Shown here piece by piece: positions 25,526-39,432 of a stretch of DNA of 64,000 nucleotides. The DNA lies in NCBI GenBank assembly GCA_029953675.1, contig JAMWBK010000001.1, forward strand, positions 434,001 through 498,000. The letters are read 5' to 3'. The DNA comes from Rhodosorus marinus CCMP1338 (lineage: Eukaryota; Plantae; Rhodophyta). Made by a program: the position numbers and the translations under genes. Each line of letters opens with the position of its first letter. Within the stretch, counting starts at the first letter, position 1. The notes beneath the pieces are model-generated. The model searched no databases, had not been told where the DNA came from, and was given only the letters and a program-made list of their open reading frames with translations.

Positions 25526-25572
25526 CATACATTTTTTCAACAATATGTATTATATTGTTGAAAAAATGTATG
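25526..25572. repeat. Perfect 21-bp inverted repeat (hairpin) with 5-nt loop
   Basis: catacattttttcaacaatat (25526-25546), loop gtatt, atattgttgaaaaaatgtatg (25552-25572); the arms are exact reverse complements. Confidence 0.95.
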
Positions 25573-26854
25573 TTTCAGGGTTAATACCCTAAAACCCCTT
25601 GCAACAAACGGAGGGCACGAGCCCGAATCCGATATTCGATCTGTTGAAGCAAGGGGGGTTCTCTTCTTAGATGTCCCGGTCAAAGAAGGTTTATATTGTT
25701 ACCTTTTGATCCAGGGAAGATGCTAAATAGAGAAATCTCATATGATAACCACTTGGCCTTCATGGCCAAGTCCAAACTGGCCTCGTACCAACGCGGGTTT
25801 ACAAGCACGTACTACAACAGGACAGATATTTCTTTTTGAGCGCTTTTTTTGTTATGAAAATTGATTTTCTTTGGTCTGACAGTAATTCTCGCGGAATGAG
25901 CAAATAAATCATGCCTCCGCCGGGAGTGATTTTTTAGCTCGTTTTTTCCGTCAACGTATTCTGCGATTAGATTCTTCCAGTATTCAAATGTGGTCAACTG
26001 TGATGCAGCCATCGCAGCTGCTTGGTTGAACTGTGTTTTTCAGTAACTTCCGGATTTCGCCGAAATTGTGGCGTTACTTTCAAAATATTTCTACAACGTC
26101 TATGTGGGGTCTTTCCTATAAGGAGGTACCATAGTTAAAGGTCAAGTCGTATGCACCATAGAGTCAGTGAGGATAATCTGCAATTGAAATACTGAACCAA
26201 TAGCGTTGTTCGATGTGGATAAACCTCACACCCGCTCCGCTTGGTCCGCTTTTCGCTCTTCGAGCAGCAAGTTGTTGCTTGCGTACGGGGCTTCAAGCTG
26301 GATAGAGGCCCTCTACCTTTCAGAGGGCGGGAGTTTTCATGTACATGTCGTGTTGTAGGTCTGTTCTATTGACTGCCTAGCAACGTATTTGAAGAAGGAT
26401 GCAAGTAGAAAGTCAGCAACACGCATCACGAAATGGTTCGTCTACCGAAGCGCTGGAGGCTCCCCATCTAGACTGGAGGCGAATACCATCCCTAGAAGCA
26501 AATAAGTAGGCAACCAGTCCGGCCTCGGTTGCGGGAACCAATGTCTGAAGTCGCCATGGCATTCTTCGTAGACCTTCAACAAAACAGCACTAACATGAGC
26601 ACTTGCTCATCCACAACTAATCACGCAAGGCAGGTTTGCGTGCTTCCTTTTCGGATACGTGCTCGTAGATACTATAGAAAATAGAACTACGAGTCCAATT
26701 TTCTCATGCGCACGCTGCGGTGCGAAAGCTGGGAAGGGTTTCGAGCCGTGTTTCACTCTCTTTTCGGATTTTCGGTTTGGGTTTTATCAATTGATGAACT
26801 AGTAAGAGTTAGCATTTGCGTGTCAGTTTGCAATTTCTGTCGCAGGGATTTGCC

Positions 26855-28724
26855 TCAGACCGGAAGTCTCGTAAGCGCGCCCTTTCTGGATTCTACTTTT
26901 CGACTGGATAATTCCGCAATGGACTTCCCCAGCTCACCAACTTCTGTCAAAAGTTTCTTGCTGTACATGTGACCTGTGCCTGTTGAATCGAAGTGCTCAC
27001 GCAAAAGCCTGTGAGTCTCTCGATCGGGCTGTACTTGCTGCTCGATCATCCTCCTCAGCATCCCAATCATGCGCAGACCCATTCGACGACTTGAGTAGAT
27101 TTCAACCATTCGTCGACACGCGTGAGGCGTCCAACCTATCGTTTCTCTCATTTCTTCAAACACTTCCTCCACCGCGTTCAGATTCTCACCCTCCCCGAGC
27201 ACTGCAACGAGTTCATGGTATGTCCTCACATCTATTCGCATCCTCTGTCTTAGCATCAGTTCCTTAGTCGACATCGCAACAGATATGTTTCTTGCTCGCA
27301 ATTGCCCACGAAGAAGCAGGGACATTGTATGCGCGGTTGGCTTGATTTCGTCCTTTTCCATCGATTCTAAAAGCTTCTCGGCCAAAGCCACTTTTCCATG
27401 TGCGAGATACCCCTCAAGTAAACCACTATAAACGTAATAGTCTGGTCGTAATTCCAGCCTATACTTCGAGAAGTCTACAATCAGGAGATGCAACCAGTTG
27501 CGAGATTGGAACAGGTACATACCTGGCCATTTCCCCAATTATGGACACAGCGTCCTCCAAACGGCCGAGTTTACTGTGGGCCTTAATCAATGCGGCCCAG
27601 CTCCTTCCATGTACGGCTTCTGGAAACTCCCCGAGCATCTTCCGGAACGTCGACTCTGCACCCGTGAGGTCTTTGCAGGCAGTCCGAGCTTGAATGATAG
27701 AGGAGATGAGGAGATCGTCCACTGGTAGGTTGAGCGATCGCACCTTTTTGAATGCAGTGTCGACCCACTCCTGATAACCGCGGTCAGCACAGTACTTGAT
27801 GAAGGGACCCAGCGTTCTCAAATCGATGTGGAGGCCTCGACGTTGCATGTTTTCTAGGTACCGCCAGGCTTCTTCCGCGTATCCGTGCTTGGCGAAGGAT
27901 CGGATAAGTATGTTGTATGTGAAGCTGTCTGGGGCGACGTTTTCCAACTTCTGCGAGGGGAAACCATCCACCGTACCAGTGATTGCTTGAGCTCGATTCT
28001 TCGAATAACAGTGAAGTGGGGAGTTGCTTCGAGCTTACCATTTGGTTCATCAGTCGATGAATTTGACTGAAATCGTCGCAACTTGCTGCCAGCAGAGCGT
28101 TCCACGCTCCTGCATCCGGCTTAATCCCTTTATCAAGCATCCTCTTCCATGTCTTATTCAGAACAGAACCAGATAGTCCCGTCCTTCCCATGGTCGTAAG
28201 GATGCTCGTGTATCCCTTTAGATCAAGCTGAAACCCGTCGCCCTCAATGGAATCGCAAATTTTCTCAAGCTCCGTGCGGTAACCCTTGGCGTGGTTCAGA
28301 TGGGCCGTGACGTAGTAGTTTCGCATCTTTCCCCACAGCGACGGTTGCTCCTTCATTATCCGGGGCTTCAGACTACTCATCAACTCCGCCACACGAGAAA
28401 AATTTCCCTTGTCGCTTAGACTTCTCGCGGTGCCCACCTGCTTGACAAGAAAGGCGCGCGCGGGGCTTGCCATACCGAAGTCAATAGCAGACGCCCCAAA
28501 CGCAGGAAACGCTGAACGAAAATTGGAATGTCCGAACAGTCACATGCCACAGCGTTCCTATGTCTCTTCGAACTTTCCAAAGGCAAAAAAGCTTCGGCAC
28601 CACTGGCCCACCGGCCCTCAGCGGAAACCAACCCGTCGTCACCTCTTCGTCCAAGTTTTTCAGTCAGTGCTCTGCTTCCTATGCCAATGAGCTTGGGGTT
28701 CTGGACGCTCAGGCAGGAGGCCAT
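26855..28724 (-). CDS. PPR protein, multi-exon, probable mitochondrial presequence
   Basis: PPR motifs PDSFTYNILIRSFAKHGYAEEAWRYLENMQRRGLHID, RSWAALIKAHSKLGRLEDAVSIIGEM, VYSGLLEGYLAHGKVALAEKLLESMEKDEIKPT; inferred first exon MASCLSVQNPKLIGIGSRALTEKLGRR spliced to AFPAFGASAIDFGMASPARAF. Confidence 0.9.
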
Positions 28725-29850
28725 GGGTGGCCTGTACGACGATATTAGGGACGTTGACTGCCTCGTGTTTTGCCATGTGTTCGTGGGTTCAAATTTCTTT
28801 CCTCGGAAGATCTCTCCCCTCCATCGGATCTCAACTCCACAGTCGAGCTCTGAGCAGCCTAACCCAAATGATACGATCGCTAGTTCCTCCGGGAGGATAA
28901 TTTGAACGTTTTACGTTTTGCTTCATCGCAGACATATAAGCCCATCACCTCGCTGAGCCTGGTTGTATGTTTATGTCTCTGAGCTCAACCACCACAAAAA
29001 TGCGAGACGTGACAAGGGCAGCACTGTTTTGCGCAGTGTCTGCTGAGAAAAACCCGGTTACGAAGCCAGGACTATAGTACGCGCAAGTCATGAGCATTAA
29101 ATTTTGGGTAGCATTGCAACTGCACCCTACTCAGCACTCGAGTATCTGCGGCTGTGTCTCTGGAGCAGCTCCGCCGTGCTTGTCCACCACCGGCTGCGCT
29201 CCGGCTGACACCAAATCTTCAGGATGAGGGCGTACTTACGAGCAAGAGCAGTGAACTCGCGTATGGTTGTACTTGGAGTGCTGACAATTTTCTACTGTAG
29301 ACTAACCCGACTGGACGACATCCTTAGTGTCCGTTGATCGATCTGAGTGTACAGCAAAGCGTTGCGTACAATAACTAGAGTTTCACCTGCCGAAGCCGGC
29401 TGAACATCAGAGTGTTATTCTTACTCCTGCGAAATCTGATCAATCTGTTGATCAATACATCATAGTATGTGACGATCAGACTGCCAAAGCTTTTATCCAT
29501 GGATCCAATCGCAAGTCCAGCCTCACCGGCAGAATGCAATTTCTACGGAGAACTGCTTTTGAACGAAGCTGGTAGCGGACGACGTACCCCATGCGAGAGC
29601 GAAGGTGGCGGAAGACAGGGTAAGGTTTGAACCCTGGAGAAGGAGCTTTGGTTTATACTTAACGAAGGCTTAAATATCCCTGAGTAGCCCAGGGATGAAG
29701 TAGTAAACTGGAAAGCTGACGTTTTAGGGGAGCAGAATGGCGAAGGCTTGGTGCGTTTTGATGGAGTATTGCCAGCGTATGACTCACGAGAGAGAAGTTG
29801 GGCTAAACCGTTGAGGTACTGACTCTTATTTTGGAGACGGTGGAGCCAGG

Positions 29851-32429
29851 ATGAGAATCTGTTTATTATTAGAGGCGAGGCTCCGGCTCCTACGCGGAGC
29901 GGACTTCAGCAGGAGATTTTACCGTCGTGAGAGGGATAAGGACTTTCGCCGGAACCCTCCAAGTTCTGTTGATAGGAGGGAATTTGAGGTGCTACGGAAA
30001 GAAGAGCTGATTCAAGCGCACAAAATAAAGTCCCGTGGAAGACTCCTCGGTATGAAAGAGGCAACGGAAGAGATCAGGAGGCTGAAAGATTCTGGCGAGC
30101 AGATGCTTACCGAAATCGAGATGAAAAGACTTGGGTTGTCCCTCGCGGGCCACGGGGCGATCGAGAGATTTCCAGAGATCTTTGAGGCACTGGAGGCGCG
30201 CAATTTGAAGCCCACCGCAGATCTGTACGCATGCTTCATGAAGGCGTGCTTGGCCGCCGGGGCTCCTGCAGAAGTCTTGACAGTCTTTCAGGATTTCAAG
30301 CAGGCACGCGTCCCATATTCCAAGCCGCTTATTGACACTCTGCTCAAGGTACGAAGGAACTTCGGTATTTTCTGAGCTGTTCTTGTTCGTCGGGCTAATG
30401 GAAAACTCGCCTCATAACGTTTTGACACAGGTCTTCGGCGCTACAAACGACTTGGAAGAGGTAGAAAGCCTGCATAATGAGCTGCAGAACAAAAGCGTGA
30501 GATTAGATCGGGGATCGACAAACATCCTTCTGAAGGCATATGTGAGAGCTGGTTCAATAGAGAGGTGTCTCGAGGAATATCACAAATTGCAGGGGCAAAG
30601 CTCGTTCATCCCAAACTCGGAAACCTATAGTATTCTCATCTCTGAGCACCTAGCGCTCGGAAATCGTGATGAGGCTGAAAATCTACTTCACGAGCAGAGA
30701 ATCAAAAACATCGGAGTTCACTACAATACGTTCTCAGCATTCGTACGGTATTATGCATCCTCCCAGCAGTTTTATCTGGCGGAAAAGACCATAAAGTCGA
30801 TGCGAGAATCTGGTTTTGAACCCCGGAAAGATGTCTACCATCATATGATTGTTTCCCACTCCAGGTGAGCGACATTGATGCAGTCCCCGTCTCTGTGCTG
30901 TGCTGATTTAATGCTCCAATGCTTCGTGGCGGAGAAGTTTGAGGCTAACAACTTCGTGTATTTCGACGATATGATGTTGCATCGCGAAATCCTTCACCTT
31001 TCCATCAAATTCAGATGCGGCAATCTCCAACAAGCGATGACCTGGTTTCATGGGATGAAATCTGCTCACGAGCTTAGCAGCGCGGAGTACTCTATACTGC
31101 TCTCGCTGGTCGCGAAGATGCGCAATTTGAGACTATTTATTGCAATGATCAATTCAATCGAGGAAGAGAATATTGAGAAAAGTGGCTACATGTATGCAAC
31201 AATGATAAGAACTTTTTCGAGGGCTAGGAGGCTCGACCTGGCGGCAGAAGCGTTCGAGGAGATGAGACAAAGAAAGCTTGCAGACAGCGCAGGTTACAAC
31301 GTATTTATTGATGCCGTTTGCACTCAAGAAACGCCAGATTTCGCGCGAGCCAGGGGGTTAATGACGGACATGGTGGACCAAGGAGTACCTCCGACATCCA
31401 CAACTTATGGAACAGTCATTCATCATCTTTCCAGGCGCGGACATAGTGAAGCGGCTGTTCAGATGTTCGAGGAGATGATCACGCGAGGACTGCCGCCCAC
31501 GGTCATCACCTATACACAAGTGATGCGCGCGTTGATTAGAGGTGACGAGCCGCTGAAGGCAATTGCGTATTGGGAGCGGATGAAGAGGAAAGGAGTGAGT
31601 TTCTTGGTCTTGCTATCGTCAGTCTCCTGATCGCTCAGCCACTACCGTTCTGTCGACAGCGCCATGTGTGGGGGTCGTAACCGTAGCAAAGTCGTCTCAA
31701 ATAGACCGTGCAACTTACGACTATCTCTCTGTTCATTGCCACCAGATCAAACCGAACGCTATCACGTATGTGATTGGGATCGCTGCGCATTGTAGAGCTG
31801 GAGAGCTAGATACCGCTTACCAGATTCTTGCCGATCAAATAGCTGCGAACATCACACCTCTGTCTGGATGCTTTCATGCCCTGATGCAAGCGGAAACGAA
31901 ACGTGGAAATATGGAGAAAACGATGGACTTGTACAAAAGGCTGATGGAGTCGAACGTCGAACCCAACTTGGCCATTTTCGAGGTGATGCTTCGAATGCTT
32001 CTGAGACTTGGTGAAGTAGGCGAAGTGGAGCTTCTCTTCGAGACTATGAAGAAGTTTGAGTTGCGTCCTCCGAAATGGGCTCTGATCATGTTGTTCAAGC
32101 GATTAGCACTGGATGCTGAGCTCCCCAAAGTGCGTTGCGCTGCACCGAAGGGGCGGACCAGTCACAAGTTGAACCTTTTTTTTCTGAACTCCCGACGCTC
32201 GCTTTTCCGTGTTAAGATGTTAGGAACGCTGGACATGTTCATTGAGCGCAGGATTCCAATCTCAGCGGGTATTAACCATGGCATGAAGTTGATTTCATTT
32301 GAGCTTTCTCAGGACAAAGAAATGGCCAATGAGTTTCGGCAGAAGTTGCAAGTCCTCCAGAGCAATCCCCAAGAATCTTCTCAAAAAGGGCACAGATCTC
32401 AAAGGTATGAGCGTTCCATCTCCGAGTGA
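29851..32429 (+). CDS. PPR protein, multi-exon
   Basis: PTSTTYGTVIHHLSRRGHSEAAVQMFEEMITRGLPPTVITYTQVMRALIRGDEPLKAIAYWERMKRKG, PNAITYVIGIAAHCRAGELDTAYQIL, PNSETYSILISEHL; start codon uncertain. Confidence 0.92.
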
Positions 32430-32752
32430 ACTACTTCCTGAATTCGAGAACAATCGTTGCACCCCCCCCGCATGTTTGCCTGCTGCACTTCTTTTCCGTC
32501 TCACTGACGTACTGCTCGAAACTACAGGACTTCACGACCGCGACAACTCGAAGTAGGTCCGGCCCAGCACATGAATCAGGCGTCCTAGAGTATTATACCT
32601 CATGGCTGTGTTGTAGGATTTGTATCTCAAAAGCTCTTAACAAACTCAAGCAATGCTAACAGGCTTCTAAGCGAGGAAGAAATATTAAATATGGAAACTT
32701 TAGTGTATGGACAGATTCCATGCTGTAAAGTTATCGAAGTAAGAAAGTCAGG

Positions 32753-35119
32753 TCATCTGCTTGCAAATTTTCCTGACAAGCTTCGATGATGCAGATTATC
32801 CCCTGAGGGCTCCGTATCTTCGCTAGCATTCAACAAGCCGAGTAGCTCGGAAGCGAGCTTTGCTCGCTGCGTATGCCGGTTGCTCTGCTGTCGGTTCCCC
32901 AAGTTCTGGGTCTTTGCCGTCTTGCTTCCGTCCGTTGGCGTGCGCTCACTTCGGGCGCGGCGGGGTTTATCTTTTTGAGCGTTGAGCTTGCTAGTGGACA
33001 TTGCCCTGTTTTTCTTGCTTTCACTAGCACCTTCCGACTTTTCCACTAAGCCTCCCACATCATCAGTCTTCGAGTTCAGCCTCGCGAATGCCTGTGACTG
33101 CAACGAAACGGCCAATTCTGTCTCGCCGCTTTTCGATATCATGTCGATCGCCATTTCCAATCCGTTCACGTCGTCCTTCAAGATTTGAGCAACGTACTTA
33201 GTGTGGTATTTCCTAAGGTCCGAGTCGCTACTGCAGATACACAATGGGCGGCAACAACACAAGTGAGAAAACAAAGTCCATGCCAAAAGCAAACGGCAAG
33301 CATCTACAAAGCGAGCGAGCTTCTGTTTAGGATGAATGGTTCAAAAAGTCACGTACGCAAGAATTCTCCGAAGAACCTCAAGGCAAGCACCTCGCCGATT
33401 TTTTTTCCCCGTCTTCATGATGGCCTTAAACAGAATCTCGGAGCTGTTCCGATTGAGAGATTTGTTTCTCTTCTCCATGCGCTTCAACCAGTTACGGGCC
33501 TCCTCAAGGCGACCAGAGCTCAGATGGTGGGCGGCCATCGCTGCGTAAGGGCGCGCTCGAAGCGTCGCCGATAACCCCTTTTCATCCTCGTCGACGAGTT
33601 TCTCGGCCTTTTCAATCCTGGCATTCTCGACGTCGGTTGCAATAATCCGTTCCCGAAGGCGGAGAGGAATTTTGTATCCTACCGCCTTCATTTCCTCGAT
33701 GGTGGCCGATGCCCCTTCTATGTCTCCATTGGCCCCCAGCTTCTCCACGAGCTTCTCATAAGCTCCTCTTGAAACACGACTTTCTAATTCTCTCCCAACG
33801 CGCATCGTTGAGAGGGCCTGCCCGTGCTTGTCAGCTGCAAGGTATCCCCGAACGAGGTAGTCGACCGCGTGGTCGTATGGTGCCAAGTTACGTTGTTGCA
33901 TCTCTGCGAACCATCGTTCGGCAGACTCAAGCTCGCCCGCTCTTGAGTTTGCCTCAACGAGCTTCGCATAGACCTCCCAACTTGATTTGTATTTCATTCT
34001 CTGCAAGGTGTAGAACGCTCCTTCAGCCTCAGCTGGCTTCCCAGCCCTCGCGTAAGCAAACAGCATGTAAAGTTGAATTTGATTATTAAGACAGTTTCTT
34101 TTCACTGCGCGTTTGTAGATTTGGATGGCAAGCTCCAGCTTCTTGTGCCGAGCATACTGCTGTATGAAGAGTGTATAAGTTTCTGCTGTTGGAGAGTTCT
34201 GACCACCAAACTTCTCCATCTCAGATAGAAACTTTTCCGCCTGGGTAAACTCTTGCTTGTAGAGTTGAGATATGATTAACTTCTGCATCACCGGGCGATT
34301 AACCTCGAATCCTGCTGCTTTGAGCAGCTCAAGTACCTTGTCGAGCTCACCAACTTTCCCTCTTTTAGCATGTATCTCCATTATCGTGTAGTACGCATCC
34401 GCGTTGGGACTAAGTCCGTCTGCAGTTATCCTTGCAAATGTGCTGAGCGCAAGATCTTCTCGACCACACTTCATGTATGCTTTAGCCAAGCTCGAGTAGG
34501 TACCTGCAGTCATCTGCAAGCCCTCCTTCTCCATTTCTTCAACAGCCCAGTTGATAGAATCCATGTTCTTCGCCTTCCCAAATGCATTGATCATTTCGTT
34601 GAAGATAGCGACCGTCGGTTCTATCAAGCATTGTCTCATCTCCTTATACGCTTCTGCGACTTGGTCATACCTCTTAGCCGTCTTCAGACATCGGATGAAC
34701 ATCCTGAAAACGTTGATGTCCAGTGAGTCTCCCATTTTGTTTGTATATTCCATGAATTGGCGGAATTTGAAGAAGTTTCCTTGCCGACTAATTTCTTGCA
34801 TAAGGCTCGTCTTCATTTCCACATCGAGCTTCCGCGCGTTTGATTGATAGCTCATAAAGTCTTCCCATCCGAAACCGAAAGTACCGTTAGGCCCTGATTG
34901 TGAGGCATCAAATGCGAATGCTTTCCCGGTGGGTTCCGCCTGTTGTCCTCTGGGCATTTCTGACTTCTTAGATAATGTCCGTTGCTCTCTGAGTCTTCCC
35001 GCCGACGCCCCAGACAAGGTGCGAATCGCGAGAACACGCTGAAACGTCCTCGTCCTTAGCAAAACCATCTTCAGCAAGTCGCCCATGCCTCTTCCAAACC
35101 TCGCACGTCTGCTTTCCAC
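32753..35119 (-). CDS. PPR protein (long first exon 33341-35119, probably spliced to a C-terminal exon in 32753-33200)
   Basis: PTVAIFNEMINAFGKAKNMDSINWAVEEMEKEGLQMTAGTYSSLAKAYMKCGREDLALSTFARITADGLSPNADAYYTIMEIHAKRG; presequence-like MVLLRTRTFQRVLAIRTLS. GT/AG sites near 33350-33310 and 33270-33230 would join the 179-aa ORF; this joining is inferred. Confidence 0.9.
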
Positions 35120-35699
35120 GTTCCTCAGCTAAACCGCTGATTAAGCTACTGGTTAAAACGAAAACGAGACCAAGCGGCTTCGATGGGAAAAACGTTTCAT
35201 TCCATGACAAACCTAAGCACGGGTCTCGCGATCAGACCCTAGTGCATCGGAAGCGTCTCCACGCTTAAAATAAACCGAGCGCTATACGACAAGAAAACGA
35301 GATATTCCTTAGACTAATCGTTTCAATCCGTTCAAACGTTCTTCACAGTCATCAGACGAAGCAAACCCAGCTCCAACCGTACACCCGCCCACCCCGAACG
35401 TCAAACTGTTCTACCTCTGTTGCTCGATTCAAGAACGTCCCTTCGAGTAGCAAGAGCGACAGTGAGTCTTTGTGGTTAAATTGGGTGTTACCTGAGATGA
35501 ACCTATTTCAGGTGGATTCTAGTGCTTTAAATTCTATTCAGAAGTGCCTACCAAGAGAATTCGATTCCCAAAACCCCTTCCCAAGCGTGGTCCAGCTGTC
35601 ACAGAATGGAATGGACACCGGCGGAGCTCAATGTCCCGATAGAATGTCCCAGGAAGGTGGGACGACTCGCATCAATCCTTATGAAATATGCTTTGATTG

Positions 35700-36330
35700 A
35701 TTGGCGGCTGTGAATGATTATTCAAGAACTGTTCTATCGATTGAGTACCAGAAGCTTGACTGACTGGGTTTATTCTGCCAGAGAGGGAGCGGACAGTCGC
35801 TCAGCTACGTAGACGTCTGTTGGTGCGCTCTTGTTCTGCAGCTATGTTCTAGGTCTGCTCGTGGCCCAGTCTTGTATTTTGGTCATGATTGGTTGATGCA
35901 GGAGTTTCATTCGATCAGGGGATTGTCGTTTACAAAGAGCGAGTTCTCGAGCGTTTGAGAAACGTCCTGATGCGAGGAATCCACTCCTCAAGTCCCCTTT
36001 AGACGAGGAACTTTTGCACAATCATCATGAGCATTAGGCGTTTGCTATCCCTGCGACGAGGGTTGCTAGTTTCAGGAGGTGCTATCCATACAAAGCTTTG
36101 TGATCTAGTTCGTCCGTCCTGAACTCTTGTAAACCAGCTTCCCAGTCAGCAGGGGTCATGCCAAGCTCCATCGCTACCAACGCCGACCAGCTTAGAATCC
36201 GATACAATACATCCAATTCCTTTATCGCACGTGTCCTAGAGTTTTTGGCCAGAACGCAGTTTGTTTCCTTTTACCCCTCGGAAACATTCAAGAACTCACC
36301 AAAAAAACGGGGCTGTTCCTACTCTCTGAG
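35700..36330 (-). mobile_element. Possible decayed hAT-like transposase C-terminal (dimerisation) fragment
   Basis: Stop-interrupted frame ADWEAGLQEFRTDELDHKALYG*HLLKLATLVAGIANA*CS...RSGF...KRQSPDRMKLL, loosely resembling hATC (YPxLxKLAxxxL..SS..ERxFS..RNRL); no TIRs seen. Confidence 0.25.
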
Positions 36331-37202
36331 ACGAATTATGTAGGATCTCCTACTGAATCCGAGGCCTTGGGAATAGACAACGCTCTGTCGTAGAAGCCCA
36401 AAGCAAGAATTTCTCCATGACGGGTGGGGGAGCCGTAGCTTTGAAGGTCGAGAATCCTAAGCAATTTCCAAAGGGTTGGAATCCGATACCAAAACCGAGC
36501 CCATAAAGTATAATGAAATAAAAACCAAATAATCCAGAATATGTAGATAATTCTTATTAGGTTAACTTTCATCATCTGAACCCAACCGCCGGGTTTCAAC
36601 AACAAGACACCCCCCTTCCAGTTTTTCATCATTTGGAGGAAAGCAGGAAACTGGTTTTGTTTTACATATATATACCCTCGTTTTATGAAAAAAGTGCATA
36701 TAAATAATAAAACTCACGGTCTCATACAGGATCACAGCCCCTCTACAAAACCACATGGGGCCCGTATTGATTCTCAATACCCCCCTTCTAGTACACCAAT
36801 AAATAGAAATAGCTCAATAAAAAATTAAATATTCCTTACTTGGTTGTAGGTGACGGGGAACAATAAACTGGTCATTTACTCCGAGCGCCTTTTTACTGAG
36901 GGGTTAGCATCGGTGCATAAAATATTTTGATTTGTACGATATATTATTGAGGTTGTTGAAATTTCTTATGAAAACATAGAACTGGATTTTTTGCTTTGGG
37001 TTTTCTCACCGAGCGTGGATGGTCAGAGCCGTTGCCGTCACATGCTGGTATTAAGCCAGGCAGGGAGAGAGGGAGGAGAGGAAAGTTATCAATTCGTGAG
37101 GGCGAGGTTGAGAGAATCGGATGTCTGAGGGGGGGAGGGGTTATCAGCTTTGTTTATCTTTTTTGCAATCTTTTGTTTTGATCTGCTGTTTGAATTGACG
37201 AG

Positions 37203-39094
<1,892 letters not shown>

Positions 39095-39432
39095 ATTCGT
39101 AGAAATCTTGTCGGACTCTCATCTCTTTGGATGCTGAGGAGGAACTAGACCTCCTTTTTTTGACCTTCAGAAGCTAGGTTCTTGGGGCTGTTTTTTTTCC
39201 GCGGTTAGTATGTAGAGGAAGTGAAGAATCTTTTTTTGCAGGAAACATGAACCGATTATTTTGACGGTAGGATCGGAAGGTGCGAGTGAATCTTATCGCT
39301 TCAGCAGACACGAATCCTCCGCAGCATGGAAAAACGAGAAGGTCTGAGTTCCAGATCGGTATCTGCCCCTTTTAACAGATTCGAACCTTCGAAACTTTGT
39401 CAGTAGTTACATTAAGTTAGAAAGCTCGGGTT

